Assembly (NCBI GenBank): GCA_902545555.1
Contig: CACCGK010000002.1
Span: 20,602 to 84,601 of the forward strand
Direction of reading: 5' to 3'
Length of the DNA stretch: 64,000 bases
DNA from: an uncultured Pelagibacteraceae bacterium
Lineage (GTDB): Bacteria > Pseudomonadota > Alphaproteobacteria > Pelagibacterales > Pelagibacteraceae
Shown: positions 39,371 to 49,403 of the stretch, in pieces
Layout: each line of letters begins with the position of its first letter
Position numbering within the stretch: the first letter of the stretch is position 1
Position numbers and translations under genes: made by a program
The notes under the pieces: model-generated
What the model was told of the DNA's origin: nothing
Seen by the model: the letters and a program-made list of their open reading frames with translations, nothing else
Database searches by the model: none

Positions 39371-40604
39371 CAACGTCTATTACCCTAAAGATGAGGTTGA
39401 AGTTTCTGATTTAATTCGGGAACTATATAAACAAGATACTCCAACGGAAATTATCGGTAACAATTCAAAAAGCTTTATTGGAAACAAAACTCAATCGGCT
39501 AACACTACTTCTTTGTCTAAAATTTCTGGTATCATCGACTATAGACCTGAAGAATTGTACATTAAAGTAAAAGCCTGCACACCAATTAATGAAATCGAGA
39601 AGGTCTTAAGTGAAAATAGTCAGGAGCTAGCTTTTGAACCAATAGACTTCGGGTATATTAAAGATGGCAAATCAAATAAAGGAACAATAGCAGGATACTT
39701 ATCATGTAATTATGCAGGCTCACGAAGATTTAAAGTTGGAAGTGTTCGAGATCATGTTTTAGGTTTTAAGGGAGTGAATGGAAAAGGAGATATAATTAAA
39801 TCAGGAGGTACCGTTGTTAAAAATGTTACAGGTTATGATTTATCAAAACTTATAGCTGGTTCGTTTGGTACACTAGTTGCTTTGACTGAAATTACATTAA
39901 AGGTTTTACCAAAAAAAGACTCTTCGAAAACTGTAATAATTTATCCTAATAATTATGAACAAATTTATGATTTGTTTAATAAATTATCTAGTTCAAGTAG
40001 TGAAATTTCTGGTGCTGTCTTTATTCCAGAGCAATCAAATAATAAAGAATTTTCAGCTAAAAGAAATAATGTTTTTAAGTTTAATGATCTTAAATCAAAA
40101 GTTTCGTTTGTAGCATTTAGAGTTGAGGGGGATAAAATTTCAATTGAGGAAAAAATTAATAATTTAAAGAAAGAACTTGAATTAAACAATTCAGATATTT
40201 CTACCCTTGATGTTTATCAATCAGAACCATTTTGGAAAAAAATAAATAATTTAGAGGTATTCGAAAAGACCGAACACAATTTAATACGAATGGTGATACC
40301 GCCAGCGAATGGTTCAAAATTATCCAAATATTTGGAAAATAACCATAATTATTTTATTGACTGGTGTGGGTCGTTATTCTGGATTGAAGTTAATAGTAAA
40401 AAAGAGGAAAAGATTAAAGATTTAAAAAAAATGGCAAACGATTTTGGAGGTTATTTGACAGTAATTAAAACTTCATCCGAATATGATTATGGTGAATCTA
40501 TTTTTACCGTTGATAAAGTACGTTTGATGATTTCTGAAAAAGTAAAACAAAGTTTTGATCCAAAAAGAATTTTAAACCCAGGTAAAATGTATAGAGGTGT
40601 TTAA
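39324..40604 (+). CDS. glcE: Glycolate oxidase FAD subunit GlcE
   Basis: GGTVVKNVTGYDLSKL, FDPKRILNPG; ATG at 39324 with GGAAGG SD preferred to 39303. Confidence 0.9.
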   Translation: MSTKIKINSQIFQDSNNVYYPKDEVEVSDLIRELYKQDTPTEIIGNNSKSFIGNKTQSANTTSLSKISGIIDYRPEELYIKVKACTPINEIEKVLSENSQELAFEPIDFGYIKDGKSNKGTIAGYLSCNYAGSRRFKVGSVRDHVLGFKGVNGKGDIIKSGGTVVKNVTGYDLSKLIAGSFGTLVALTEITLKVLPKKDSSKTVIIYPNNYEQIYDLFNKLSSSSSEISGAVFIPEQSNNKEFSAKRNNVFKFNDLKSKVSFVAFRVEGDKISIEEKINNLKKELELNNSDISTLDVYQSEPFWKKINNLEVFEKTEHNLIRMVIPPANGSKLSKYLENNHNYFIDWCGSLFWIEVNSKKEEKIKDLKKMANDFGGYLTVIKTSSEYDYGESIFTVDKVRLMISEKVKQSFDPKRILNPGKMYRGV

Positions 40605-41893
40605 TGCAAACAAAATTTACTGAAGAACAGCTTAGAGATCCAGACAATTTTGCAAACGAAAAAGTTTTTAAAAAATGTGTGCATTGTGGAATGTGCAATG
40701 CTACATGCCCTACTCATCAACTTTTAGGTGATGAGCTAGATGGACCTAGAGGACGTATCTATCTAATTAAAGATATGTTAGAAAATAATCGGAAGCCAAC
40801 TGAAAAAGTTGTAAAGCATATCGATCGATGTCTCTCATGTTATAGTTGTATGACGACTTGCCCAGCTGGTGTGAATTATATGCACATAATTGACCATGGA
40901 AAAAAATATATTGAAAAAAATTATCAAAGATCGTTCTTTGATAAGTTAATAAGATATTTTTTATCTATCACTCTTCCAAATACAAAAGTTTTTAGATTAT
41001 CAAGTTTATTAGTAAAATTATCGAAACCATTTAAATTCTTAATGCCTTCAAAAATTAAGGACATGATTGAGTTAATGCCTACAAAATTTCCTAAAAAAAG
41101 CTTACCAATTAAAGAAGTTTACAAATCCTCTACTAAAAAAAGAATTGCTAGAGTTGCTCTTTTAACAGGATGTGTACAAAAAGAAATATCTCCTCAAATT
41201 AATGAAGCAACAATAAGGCTATTAAACAGACACGGCGTAGAAGTAGTTGTTCCAAAAAAAATTCGTTGTTGTGGATCTTTAAATCATCATCTTGGAAAAG
41301 AGGAGGATGCACATCAAGATTTTAAGAACAATATAAACACTTGGTATGAGGAGCATCAAAAGGGAAATTTAGATGCAATTTTATCAAATACATCAGGTTG
41401 CGGGACAACAATGAAAGATTATGGATTTATTTTTCGTGAGGACAAAGAACTGAGTAAAAAAGCAAAAGTAATATCAGAGCTTACAAAAGATATATCGGAA
41501 TATATATTTGAAAGTTTAAAACTTGATATTAAAGATAAAGGAAAAAAATATAAAGTAGCTTATCACTCTGCGTGTTCAATGCAGCATGGTCAAAAAGTTC
41601 ATTCTCAACCTGTTTCGTTACTTGAGAAAACTAACAATGAAATTATGGAAATCCCAGAAGGACATATATGTTGTGGATCAGCTGGTACCTACAACATATT
41701 GCAATCAAAAATTGCAAAACAATTATTGAAGAAAAAAGTCAATAATATTGAAAGTTTAAATCCAGATTTTATTTCTACTGGAAATATTGGTTGTATTACC
41801 CAAATCGCCCATGGTACTAAAGTTCCAATATTACATACAATTGAAGTTTTAGATTGGTACACAGGTGGACCAAAACCTGAAATTTTAAAGTAG
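40604..41893 (+). CDS. glcF: Glycolate oxidase Fe-S subunit GlcF
   Basis: CVHCGMCNATCP, CLSCYSCMTTCP, two CCG domains. Confidence 0.94.
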   Translation: MQTKFTEEQLRDPDNFANEKVFKKCVHCGMCNATCPTHQLLGDELDGPRGRIYLIKDMLENNRKPTEKVVKHIDRCLSCYSCMTTCPAGVNYMHIIDHGKKYIEKNYQRSFFDKLIRYFLSITLPNTKVFRLSSLLVKLSKPFKFLMPSKIKDMIELMPTKFPKKSLPIKEVYKSSTKKRIARVALLTGCVQKEISPQINEATIRLLNRHGVEVVVPKKIRCCGSLNHHLGKEEDAHQDFKNNINTWYEEHQKGNLDAILSNTSGCGTTMKDYGFIFREDKELSKKAKVISELTKDISEYIFESLKLDIKDKGKKYKVAYHSACSMQHGQKVHSQPVSLLEKTNNEIMEIPEGHICCGSAGTYNILQSKIAKQLLKKKVNNIESLNPDFISTGNIGCITQIAHGTKVPILHTIEVLDWYTGGPKPEILK

Positions 41894-41898
41894 AAATT

Positions 41899-42852
41899 AT
41901 GAAAAAAGTTTTAATTACAAGACGCTTGATAAGAGAAAGTGAAGACAAAGCATCTAAGTTATTTGATGCTAAATTTAATACTAATGATGAACTTTATTCA
42001 CAAAAAAAAATTATTGAAATGAGTCAAGGATTTGATGGCATATTATCATCACTAACTGAAAAATTAGACGCAGACACAATCAATGAATTACCAGATACAA
42101 TTAAAATAATTTCTAATTTTGCAGTTGGATTTGGAAACATTGATTTAGAAGCAGCAAAAAATAAAGGTATAGCAGTAACAAATACACCAGAAGTTTTATC
42201 AGATGCTACAGCAGAAATTGGAATTTTATTAATTCTAGGAGCATGTAGAAGAGCTTCCGAAGGGATTGATTCTGCAAAAGAAGGCGGATGGAAATGGTCT
42301 GCTGATTATTTAATCGGAAAACAATTAACGGGAACAAGATTAGGAATTTTAGGTATGGGACGTATTGGCCAAAAAATTGCAAAAATTGCAAAGTCTTTAG
42401 GTATGGTTATTCATTACCATAATCGTTCAAAATTAAGTGAAGATAAAGAACAAGGTGCAATATATCATGACAGCATAAAAAGTCTTTTTTCAGTCTCAGA
42501 TGTTTTATCAATTTGTTGTCCAGCCACAAAAGAAACAGAGAACTTGATAAATAAAGAGACTGTTGAGTATTTTCCTAAAGGTGCTGTGATAACTAATGTT
42601 GCAAGAGGTGATATAGTTGATGATGATGCTTTAATTGATGCATTAAATAGAAGAAAAATTTATGCAGCAGGATTAGATGTTTATAAAAATGAACCAAATC
42701 TTAATCCTGGTTATTTAAAAATCCCAAGTGCTTTTGTTTTACCTCATTTGGGGAGTGCAACAAAAGATACAAGAATTGCAATGGGAAATTTAGCAATTGA
42801 TAATTTAGATGAGTTTTTTAGAACTGGAAATTGTATTAATAAAGTAAATTAA
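41899..42852 (+). CDS. D-2-hydroxyacid dehydrogenase (glyoxylate/hydroxypyruvate reductase-like)
   Basis: TNTPEVL, GMGRIG, NVARG, GLDVY.NEP, LPHLGSAT. Confidence 0.9.
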   Translation: MKKVLITRRLIRESEDKASKLFDAKFNTNDELYSQKKIIEMSQGFDGILSSLTEKLDADTINELPDTIKIISNFAVGFGNIDLEAAKNKGIAVTNTPEVLSDATAEIGILLILGACRRASEGIDSAKEGGWKWSADYLIGKQLTGTRLGILGMGRIGQKIAKIAKSLGMVIHYHNRSKLSEDKEQGAIYHDSIKSLFSVSDVLSICCPATKETENLINKETVEYFPKGAVITNVARGDIVDDDALIDALNRRKIYAAGLDVYKNEPNLNPGYLKIPSAFVLPHLGSATKDTRIAMGNLAIDNLDEFFRTGNCINKVN

Positions 42853-42853
42853 A

Positions 42854-43768
42854 ATGTCTCAATCGATAGCTTTCATCGGTGTTGGCAACATGGGTTGTCC
42901 AATGGCTGAAAATTTAATGAAGGCAGGCAAATCTGTAAAAGTTTTTGATGTTTCAGAAAAAATGTTGGAGATTGCAAAAAATAAAAATCTTGAAACAATC
43001 GAAAATTTAGATGATTTAATTACAGATCATGTTGAGACGGTTATCACTATGCTTCCAGAGGGTAAGCACTCTAAGGATGTTTATTTAGGAGAAAGCGGAA
43101 TAATAAATAAAGTTTCAAAAAATTGTTTGCTAATTGATTGTTCTACAATTGATATTCAAACCTCTATCAAGATTGGAAAAAAAGCCTCAGAAAAAGGAAT
43201 AGAAATGATTGATGCGCCAGTTAGTGGTGGAGTAATGGGAGCCCAAAAAGCAACTTTAAATATAATGGTTGGTGGATCAAAAGAAGCTTTTGAAAAAGCA
43301 CTTCCTTTATTAAAAATCATGGGAAAAAATATATTTCATGCAGGTGATTTAGGTAGTGGGAACGGTGCTAAGATTTGTAACAACATGGCTCTAGGCATTG
43401 CAATGATTGCTGCTTCAGAGTCGTTAATGTTAGCAAAAAGATTAAACATCGATATTAAAAAAGTTCATGAAATCATGAAAAATGCATCAGGTAACAGTTG
43501 GCCAATTTCTGTTTATCCACCTTTGCCTGGTTTAATTGACGGCACGCCTTCAAATAATAATTATCGTCCGGGTTTCTCTGCAGGAATGATGAATAAAGAT
43601 CTTAAACTTGCAAATGATTGTGCAAAGAGTGTGAATGCAGAAACACCATTAGGAAAAATGGCTTTAGAAATTTATGACCAATTTTGTAAAGATGGAAATG
43701 ATACTAAAGATTTTTCAGCGATTTCTAAAGTTATAGGTGGTAATGCTTGGGACTACCCAATTGATTGA
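42854..43768 (+). CDS. mmsB: 3-hydroxyisobutyrate dehydrogenase family
   Basis: GVGNMG, DAPVSGG, AKICNN, NNYRPGF, KDL. Confidence 0.85.
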   Translation: MSQSIAFIGVGNMGCPMAENLMKAGKSVKVFDVSEKMLEIAKNKNLETIENLDDLITDHVETVITMLPEGKHSKDVYLGESGIINKVSKNCLLIDCSTIDIQTSIKIGKKASEKGIEMIDAPVSGGVMGAQKATLNIMVGGSKEAFEKALPLLKIMGKNIFHAGDLGSGNGAKICNNMALGIAMIAASESLMLAKRLNIDIKKVHEIMKNASGNSWPISVYPPLPGLIDGTPSNNNYRPGFSAGMMNKDLKLANDCAKSVNAETPLGKMALEIYDQFCKDGNDTKDFSAISKVIGGNAWDYPID

Positions 43769-43774
43769 ATAAAT

Positions 43775-44863
43775 TTATTGTAAGTGTTTATAAATTGTTG
43801 TTCTAGAAATACCTAATTTTCTAGAAGTTGCAGAAATATTATTTGTTTCATTAAAAGTTGATCTAATTAAAGTACATTTCTCTCTTTTGATTTTTGTATC
43901 TTCACAATTTTTACAAGTACTCACTTTTTTTCCTTTTTTTGTTTCAACAAATATATTTTCCTTAAAAATTTGACTTTTGACCACAAAAACAGATGAGCCT
44001 AAATGATCAGTAATTTTTAATGTTTTATTATTTAATAAATCTGATGCGATAGATGAAAATGAATTAGTAAAAATTTTATTAAAATTTTCATTTTTAAGAT
44101 CTACTAATCCATTAAGCATAATTTTTGCATTACTATTAGCACCTACAATCAGACCATCTCCATTGACAGCCAATAAACCAACACTTGTGGTTGATAAGTA
44201 TTCTTGTCGAGGATGAAAGGATAAAATTAATTCATGCTCAAACTTTTTTAAAAATAATTTTGTTTCAATACTTCTGGTTGCTAGTTTCACTAAAGCTAGA
44301 GTATGTTGCTCTCTAGACATATAGTCAGTTGAAGCGTCTACAATTCCAATAGTCTTACCGTCATAGTTAATTATTGGACTTGCGAAACAAGATATATTTT
44401 CATGCGCTGTAAAAAAATGTTCTTTACCAGAAACTATTGTTGGTTTTTTTAATTCTACAGATAATCCCAAACCGTTAGTGCCACAGACTTTTTCAGCCCA
44501 AATTGATCCAGGTATTACAGTTTTACCTACGTCGGTTTTAAGACAAGTTTTGTCATATATTGTATCAAGCACTAACCCATTCTCATCTGAATATGCGACC
44601 ATAAAATTAGTTCCAGCAATTTGTGAGTATAAAAGCTCCAATTCTGGGAGAACTATTTTTCTAAGAGCCTTATTTTTTTCTTTGATTTCATTTAATTCTA
44701 TTGAAGAAATTATGCTTTGTCTTGGATCTTTAAATGGATTAAGTCCTTTAGCAATACATCTAGACCAACTATCGGAAATGTCTTTGCCCATTTTATAGGA
44801 CATCATTCCCCTTTTTTTTAAAATATTTTTAAACTCATTATTTATCGCTGATAAATTGCTCAT
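43775..44863 (-). CDS. AcoR-like GAF-PAS-Fis HTH regulator lacking the sigma54 AAA+ domain
   Basis: SWSRC, WAEKVCGTNGLG, CFASPI (AcoR GAF); C-terminal NISATSRKLGISRTTIYK; no Walker A or GAFTGA. Confidence 0.82.
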   Translation of the reverse strand: MSNLSAINNEFKNILKKRGMMSYKMGKDISDSWSRCIAKGLNPFKDPRQSIISSIELNEIKEKNKALRKIVLPELELLYSQIAGTNFMVAYSDENGLVLDTIYDKTCLKTDVGKTVIPGSIWAEKVCGTNGLGLSVELKKPTIVSGKEHFFTAHENISCFASPIINYDGKTIGIVDASTDYMSREQHTLALVKLATRSIETKLFLKKFEHELILSFHPRQEYLSTTSVGLLAVNGDGLIVGANSNAKIMLNGLVDLKNENFNKIFTNSFSSIASDLLNNKTLKITDHLGSSVFVVKSQIFKENIFVETKKGKKVSTCKNCEDTKIKREKCTLIRSTFNETNNISATSRKLGISRTTIYKHLQ

Positions 44864-44916
44864 TTTTCAAAGATAATTAAAAATATCATATTCAACAACT
44901 AACCGTAGGTTGTATT

Positions 44917-44975
44917 TGTAAACTTATTGAACACTTAAAAGCACCATTGACTCCAGTGGACTTCGATTTTTTAAT
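44917..44975 (+). promoter_or_regulatory. Putative TGT-N11-ACA operator plus sigma70-type promoter of the adh operon
   Basis: TGTAAACTTATTGAACA at 44917-44933; TTGACT-N17-TTTAAT at 44947-44975. Confidence 0.45.
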
Positions 44976-45007
44976 AGGCTTTTAAAAAAATATAGGGAGA
45001 AAAAGAA

Positions 45008-46069
45008 ATGAAAGCACAGGTTTTGCACAAGTATGACCCAGAGATGAAAGAAAAAGTTTGGGTCACAGGTGAAGAGTTACCAAATCCAAAAATAGAGAAA
45101 GCCAGTGATGTAATAGTAAAAATTGGTGCAGCTGGGGTTTGCAGAACAGATTTACATATTATTGAAGGTGTGTGGAAACATATTCAAGACCCGGATGGAA
45201 AATTACTTCCTTGCGTTATGGGTCATGAAAATGCAGGCTGGATAGAAGATGTCGGAAAAGATGTAACAGAATTTAAAAAAGGGGATCCAGTAATTTTGCA
45301 CCCTTTAATTTCAGGAACAGATGGAACCTGTTTAGATTGTAGAAGAGGCAATGATATGCATGCAGCAGCAGGTGCATTTCCGGGATTAAGTATTAAAGAA
45401 GGTGGATATTCAGAACTTTTAAAAACAAGTGTTAGAAACTTGATTAAATTGCCAAAAGTCTTAGCTCCCAAAGACGTGGCTCCTTTTTCTGATGCGGGCT
45501 TAACAGCTTATAGAGTTGTTAAAAAAGCGACAAGACACTTACTTCCTGGTCAAAGTTGTGTGGTGATAGGTGCTGGAGGTTTAGGGCATATCGCAATTCA
45601 ATGTTTAAAAGCAATGTGTGCAGCAGATATTATTATCGTTGAAAAATCTGAAAAAGCTTTAAAACACGCAATGGAACTCGGAGGAGATCATGGCGTAATT
45701 ATTGATGGAAACGAGGTTGAAAAAGTTAAGGAAATAACAAAAGGTGTTGGTGCTGAAGCAGTTATAGATTTTGTAGGAGAAAAAGGTTCAACATCAATGG
45801 GTCTTAATATGACCGCTAACGGTGGTTTCTTTTACATAGTTGGTTATGGTGAGGAAATAAAAATACTCGCTGTTGATGTAATCATATCTGAAAGAAACAT
45901 AATTGGAAATTTAGTAGGAACGTGGTCTGAATTATATGAATTAATGGAGTTAGCTGACAGAGGAAAGGTTAAGTTGTCCATGCAAGAATATAAATTAGAC
46001 GATGCTAACAAAGCGCTACATGATCTTAATGATGGAAAAGTCAAAGGTCGTGCAGTGTTAGTTCCATAA
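45008..46069 (+). CDS. Zn-dependent NAD(P) alcohol dehydrogenase
   Basis: GVCRTDLH, GHENAG, FSDAG, GAGGLG, GRAVLVP. Confidence 0.92.
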   Translation: MKAQVLHKYDPEMKEKVWVTGEELPNPKIEKASDVIVKIGAAGVCRTDLHIIEGVWKHIQDPDGKLLPCVMGHENAGWIEDVGKDVTEFKKGDPVILHPLISGTDGTCLDCRRGNDMHAAAGAFPGLSIKEGGYSELLKTSVRNLIKLPKVLAPKDVAPFSDAGLTAYRVVKKATRHLLPGQSCVVIGAGGLGHIAIQCLKAMCAADIIIVEKSEKALKHAMELGGDHGVIIDGNEVEKVKEITKGVGAEAVIDFVGEKGSTSMGLNMTANGGFFYIVGYGEEIKILAVDVIISERNIIGNLVGTWSELYELMELADRGKVKLSMQEYKLDDANKALHDLNDGKVKGRAVLVP

Positions 46070-46092
46070 ATAACAAAAGAGAGGAAAGGAAG

Positions 46093-47628
46093 ATGAAGAC
46101 AATAAAAACTTGCGCAACTGCTCTAATATCAGCTTTGTTGGTATTTAGTCCAGTCGCGTATGCAGATAAGTGGAGCGATCAGTTTCCACATATCAAGGCT
46201 ACTGGAGATATTCCAGGCGAGTGTTCTTACGAGTCTATGTCTAAGAAAAATTACAAAGGTAAGACACTTAAAATAAATACACATGCTGTTCCAGTTATGG
46301 GAGAACCAACAGCTTTACATGCTGAGCAATTTGCTAAACTTACAGGAGCAAAAGTTGATGTAACACATACACCTGCTGGTGATTTGTATGCAAAAGCTAT
46401 GGTTCCATTTCAAGCAGGTCAAGCTCCATATGATATAGTTTTTGGATTTTCAAACTTTATTAATGATTGGAAAAGATACTTAGAACCAGTTCCAAAAAAA
46501 TATGTTGAGATGAAACAAATGCAAGACGTTACTCCATCTCACATTGGTATAGCATCTTGGGATGGTGTTATGTATCAGTTTCCAGTTGATGGTGACAGAC
46601 ATTATTTAAAATATAGAAAAGACGTAATTGACAATCCTAAGTATCAAAAAAAATATAAAGCTGATACTGGTAAAGAGTTAAGAGTCCCGCAAACATGGAA
46701 AGAGTATGGAGAAATGGCTGCATACTTTAATGGTTGGGACTGGGATGGTGATGGCGAGAAAGAATATGGATCTGCAGAGGTTATGAAAAAAGATGATTTG
46801 ATGTATGCAGCTTTTTATTCAAGATCTGCCGCTTATTCAAAAAATCCTAAAACTCCAGGTGGTTTTTTCTTTGATTTAAAAACTATGAAACCATTAATTA
46901 ACAATCCAGGTTTTGTGGAAGCTTTAACCGACTGGGTTGCAGCTACTAAATATGTTCCTCCAGGAGGAATAAACTTTGGTCTTGGTGATGAAATTGGATC
47001 ATTTGGTGGAGGACAAACTTTGTTTAGTTTCTCATGGGATGATGCATTTGTTGCTGCTATGCAACCTGATAGCCCAATCAACAATAAAGTTGGTGCCGCT
47101 CAATTACCAGGCGCAATGAAAGTTTGGAATAGAACAACTAACTCTTGGGATGAAGGATTTAACCAAGCTCCTTTCTTCGTGTGGGGATGGGCAGTTGGTG
47201 TTGCTAAGAAAAGTAAAGAAAAAGAAATGGCTTTTGATTACTTATGTTTCTTTGCAAACGAAGCAAATCACCAAGCCGATATAGGTATTGGTCGTTTCGG
47301 AGTTAACCCATTTAGAAATGATGACTTTAAAGCAGATGTTTGGACTCAAATTGGTTGGGATAAAGATATTGCTCAATCATATGTTGATACCTTAGCTCAA
47401 ATGGAGGAAAGTAAAAATAGAGTTTTCCCTTTGAGAGTTCCTGGTACATTTGAGTTTAACGCTGCACTAGCTACAGCTGCAGCAAAAGCTTTAGCTGGAC
47501 AGTTATCACCACAAGCTGCTTTAGACGAGGCTGCTAAGCAGTGGGAAGATATACTTAATAGAGTAGGAAAAGATAATGTAAGAGCAGCTTACTCTGTTGG
47601 TGTAGCAATGGAAGATAACAAGCTTTAA
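46093..47628 (+). CDS. Carbohydrate/polyol ABC transporter substrate-binding protein
   Basis: Signal peptide; FPVDGD, VPQTWKEY, DWDGDG; strong SD; upstream of CUT1 permeases. Confidence 0.88.
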   Translation: MKTIKTCATALISALLVFSPVAYADKWSDQFPHIKATGDIPGECSYESMSKKNYKGKTLKINTHAVPVMGEPTALHAEQFAKLTGAKVDVTHTPAGDLYAKAMVPFQAGQAPYDIVFGFSNFINDWKRYLEPVPKKYVEMKQMQDVTPSHIGIASWDGVMYQFPVDGDRHYLKYRKDVIDNPKYQKKYKADTGKELRVPQTWKEYGEMAAYFNGWDWDGDGEKEYGSAEVMKKDDLMYAAFYSRSAAYSKNPKTPGGFFFDLKTMKPLINNPGFVEALTDWVAATKYVPPGGINFGLGDEIGSFGGGQTLFSFSWDDAFVAAMQPDSPINNKVGAAQLPGAMKVWNRTTNSWDEGFNQAPFFVWGWAVGVAKKSKEKEMAFDYLCFFANEANHQADIGIGRFGVNPFRNDDFKADVWTQIGWDKDIAQSYVDTLAQMEESKNRVFPLRVPGTFEFNAALATAAAKALAGQLSPQAALDEAAKQWEDILNRVGKDNVRAAYSVGVAMEDNKL

Positions 47629-47636
47629 AAAATACT

Positions 47637-47663
47637 TTGTGGCCGTCATAACGACGGCCACAA
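47637..47663 (+). other. Intra-operonic hairpin after the SBP gene (mRNA stabiliser/attenuator)
   Basis: Perfect 11-bp stem TTGTGGCCGTC/GACGGCCACAA with a 5-nt loop; no plus-strand U-tract. Confidence 0.75.
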
Positions 47664-47688
47664 CTAACAAAATCCAAAAATTGCAATT

Positions 47689-48555
47689 ATGAATTTTAAG
47701 CACAAGTATGTTTTTTTATTTCCTGGCTTATTTGTGCTTATAGGAATACTTATTTTTCCTATTATTTTTACTATCAGATTAAGTTTATCAGGCTGGAATA
47801 GTTATACACCTGAAATGAATTTTATAGGAATTACAAATTATATAAGACTTTTTACTGATGACCCTAGATTTTGGGAGTCTTTTTTCAGACTTAGTTTTTT
47901 ATCAGTTACCACAGTTATTCTTCAATACATTATTGGTTTTGCATTAGCACTTATAGTGTGGAGAGAAATTAAATTTAAAAGATTCTTTAGAGTCATATTC
48001 TTGATTCCTATGATGACTACTCCTGTAATTATGACAGTAATTTGGAGAACTTTTTTTCATGAGTCTCTAGGTCCTGTAAATGATCTTTTGGGAAACTTAG
48101 GAGTAAAGCCTATTTTATGGCTCAGTGATCCAGTTATTGCTAAATTTACTGTAATTATTGTTGAAGTATGGCAGTGGACTCCATTTATGTTTTTATTGTT
48201 ACTTGCAGGTTTATTGTCTTTGCCAAAAGAACCTTTTTTAGCCGCTGCAATAGATGGCGCAAGTCCTTTTAGAAAGTTTGTATATGTTACCTTTCCACTT
48301 ATGGCGCCAATTTCAATAGGGGCAATTATTATTAGATTAATTGAAGCTTCAAAGATAATGGATACAGTTTTTGTATTAACTTCTGGAGGACCAGGTACAG
48401 CAACAGAAACTTCAAGTTTTTATATTTATATTAAAGGCTTAAGGGAGTTTCAAATGGGTTATGCTGCAACTCTTTCTTTTACGTATTTAGTTATAATGAT
48501 CATCAGTTTAACGATCATTGCAAAGGTTTTAACAAAATTAATGATTAAAGAATAA
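47689..48555 (+). CDS. Carbohydrate ABC transporter permease 1
   Basis: WQWTPF, AAAIDGA (EAA loop), TSGGPG. Confidence 0.92.
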   Translation: MNFKHKYVFLFPGLFVLIGILIFPIIFTIRLSLSGWNSYTPEMNFIGITNYIRLFTDDPRFWESFFRLSFLSVTTVILQYIIGFALALIVWREIKFKRFFRVIFLIPMMTTPVIMTVIWRTFFHESLGPVNDLLGNLGVKPILWLSDPVIAKFTVIIVEVWQWTPFMFLLLLAGLLSLPKEPFLAAAIDGASPFRKFVYVTFPLMAPISIGAIIIRLIEASKIMDTVFVLTSGGPGTATETSSFYIYIKGLREFQMGYAATLSFTYLVIMIISLTIIAKVLTKLMIKE

Positions 48556-49403
48556 TGGAAAAACTATACAAATTTTTAAAATACACGTTTATTATTCTCT
48601 GGACAGTTTTTATTGTAGCTCCTTTTCTGTGGGCTATCTCCACTTCTTTTAAAGATTTCCAGTCAGTAAATAGTAAGGTTACTTACATACCCTGGTTAGA
48701 TTTTGAACCAACACTTGAAGGATGGCGTGTATTAATTAAATCACCTGCAAGAGGTGGGGTGGATATTGTTGAACCTTACTTTAATAGTCTTTTTGTAACC
48801 TGCACAGCAAGTTTAATAAGTATAGTTTTAGGAACTTTGGCAGCTTATGCCTTATCAAGATTTACTTTTAAAGCTGGTTTTGTCAGAAATAACGATATTA
48901 CTTTCTTCTTTATTTCACAAAGAATAATGCCGCCCATTGTTTTATCAATTCCCTTCTTTATATTTTTAAGCACAATAGGATTATTAGATAGTTTGATAGG
49001 ACTAGTAGTAGTTTATATAGTTCTTTTAATGCCCATTGCAGTTTGGATTATGGTAGATTTTTTTAACCGAGTTCCAAAAGAGTTAGATGAAACCGCACTG
49101 ATTGATGGATGTAATCCCTATCAAGCCTTTTATAAAGTAGTTTTACCAAACTCCATCCCTGGATTAATTGTTGCTGGTATGTTTTGTATAATATTTGGTT
49201 GGATTGACTTCTTCTTTGCTTTTATTTTAACTTTTACTGAAGTGCAATTATTACCAGTTAAAGTGGTAGCTTTAAATTCTTCTATTACACCTTGGTGGAG
49301 TCTATCCGCATCTGCCTTAATATCTGTGGCTCCACTTATAATAGTCGCTTTTGTAGTTGAAAGATATTTGTCTAAAGGAAATTTATCAGGAGCCTTAAAA
49401 TAA
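48555..49403 (+). CDS. Carbohydrate ABC transporter permease 2
   Basis: NSL, AAYALSRF, PKELDETALIDG. Confidence 0.92.
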   Translation: MEKLYKFLKYTFIILWTVFIVAPFLWAISTSFKDFQSVNSKVTYIPWLDFEPTLEGWRVLIKSPARGGVDIVEPYFNSLFVTCTASLISIVLGTLAAYALSRFTFKAGFVRNNDITFFFISQRIMPPIVLSIPFFIFLSTIGLLDSLIGLVVVYIVLLMPIAVWIMVDFFNRVPKELDETALIDGCNPYQAFYKVVLPNSIPGLIVAGMFCIIFGWIDFFFAFILTFTEVQLLPVKVVALNSSITPWWSLSASALISVAPLIIVAFVVERYLSKGNLSGALK

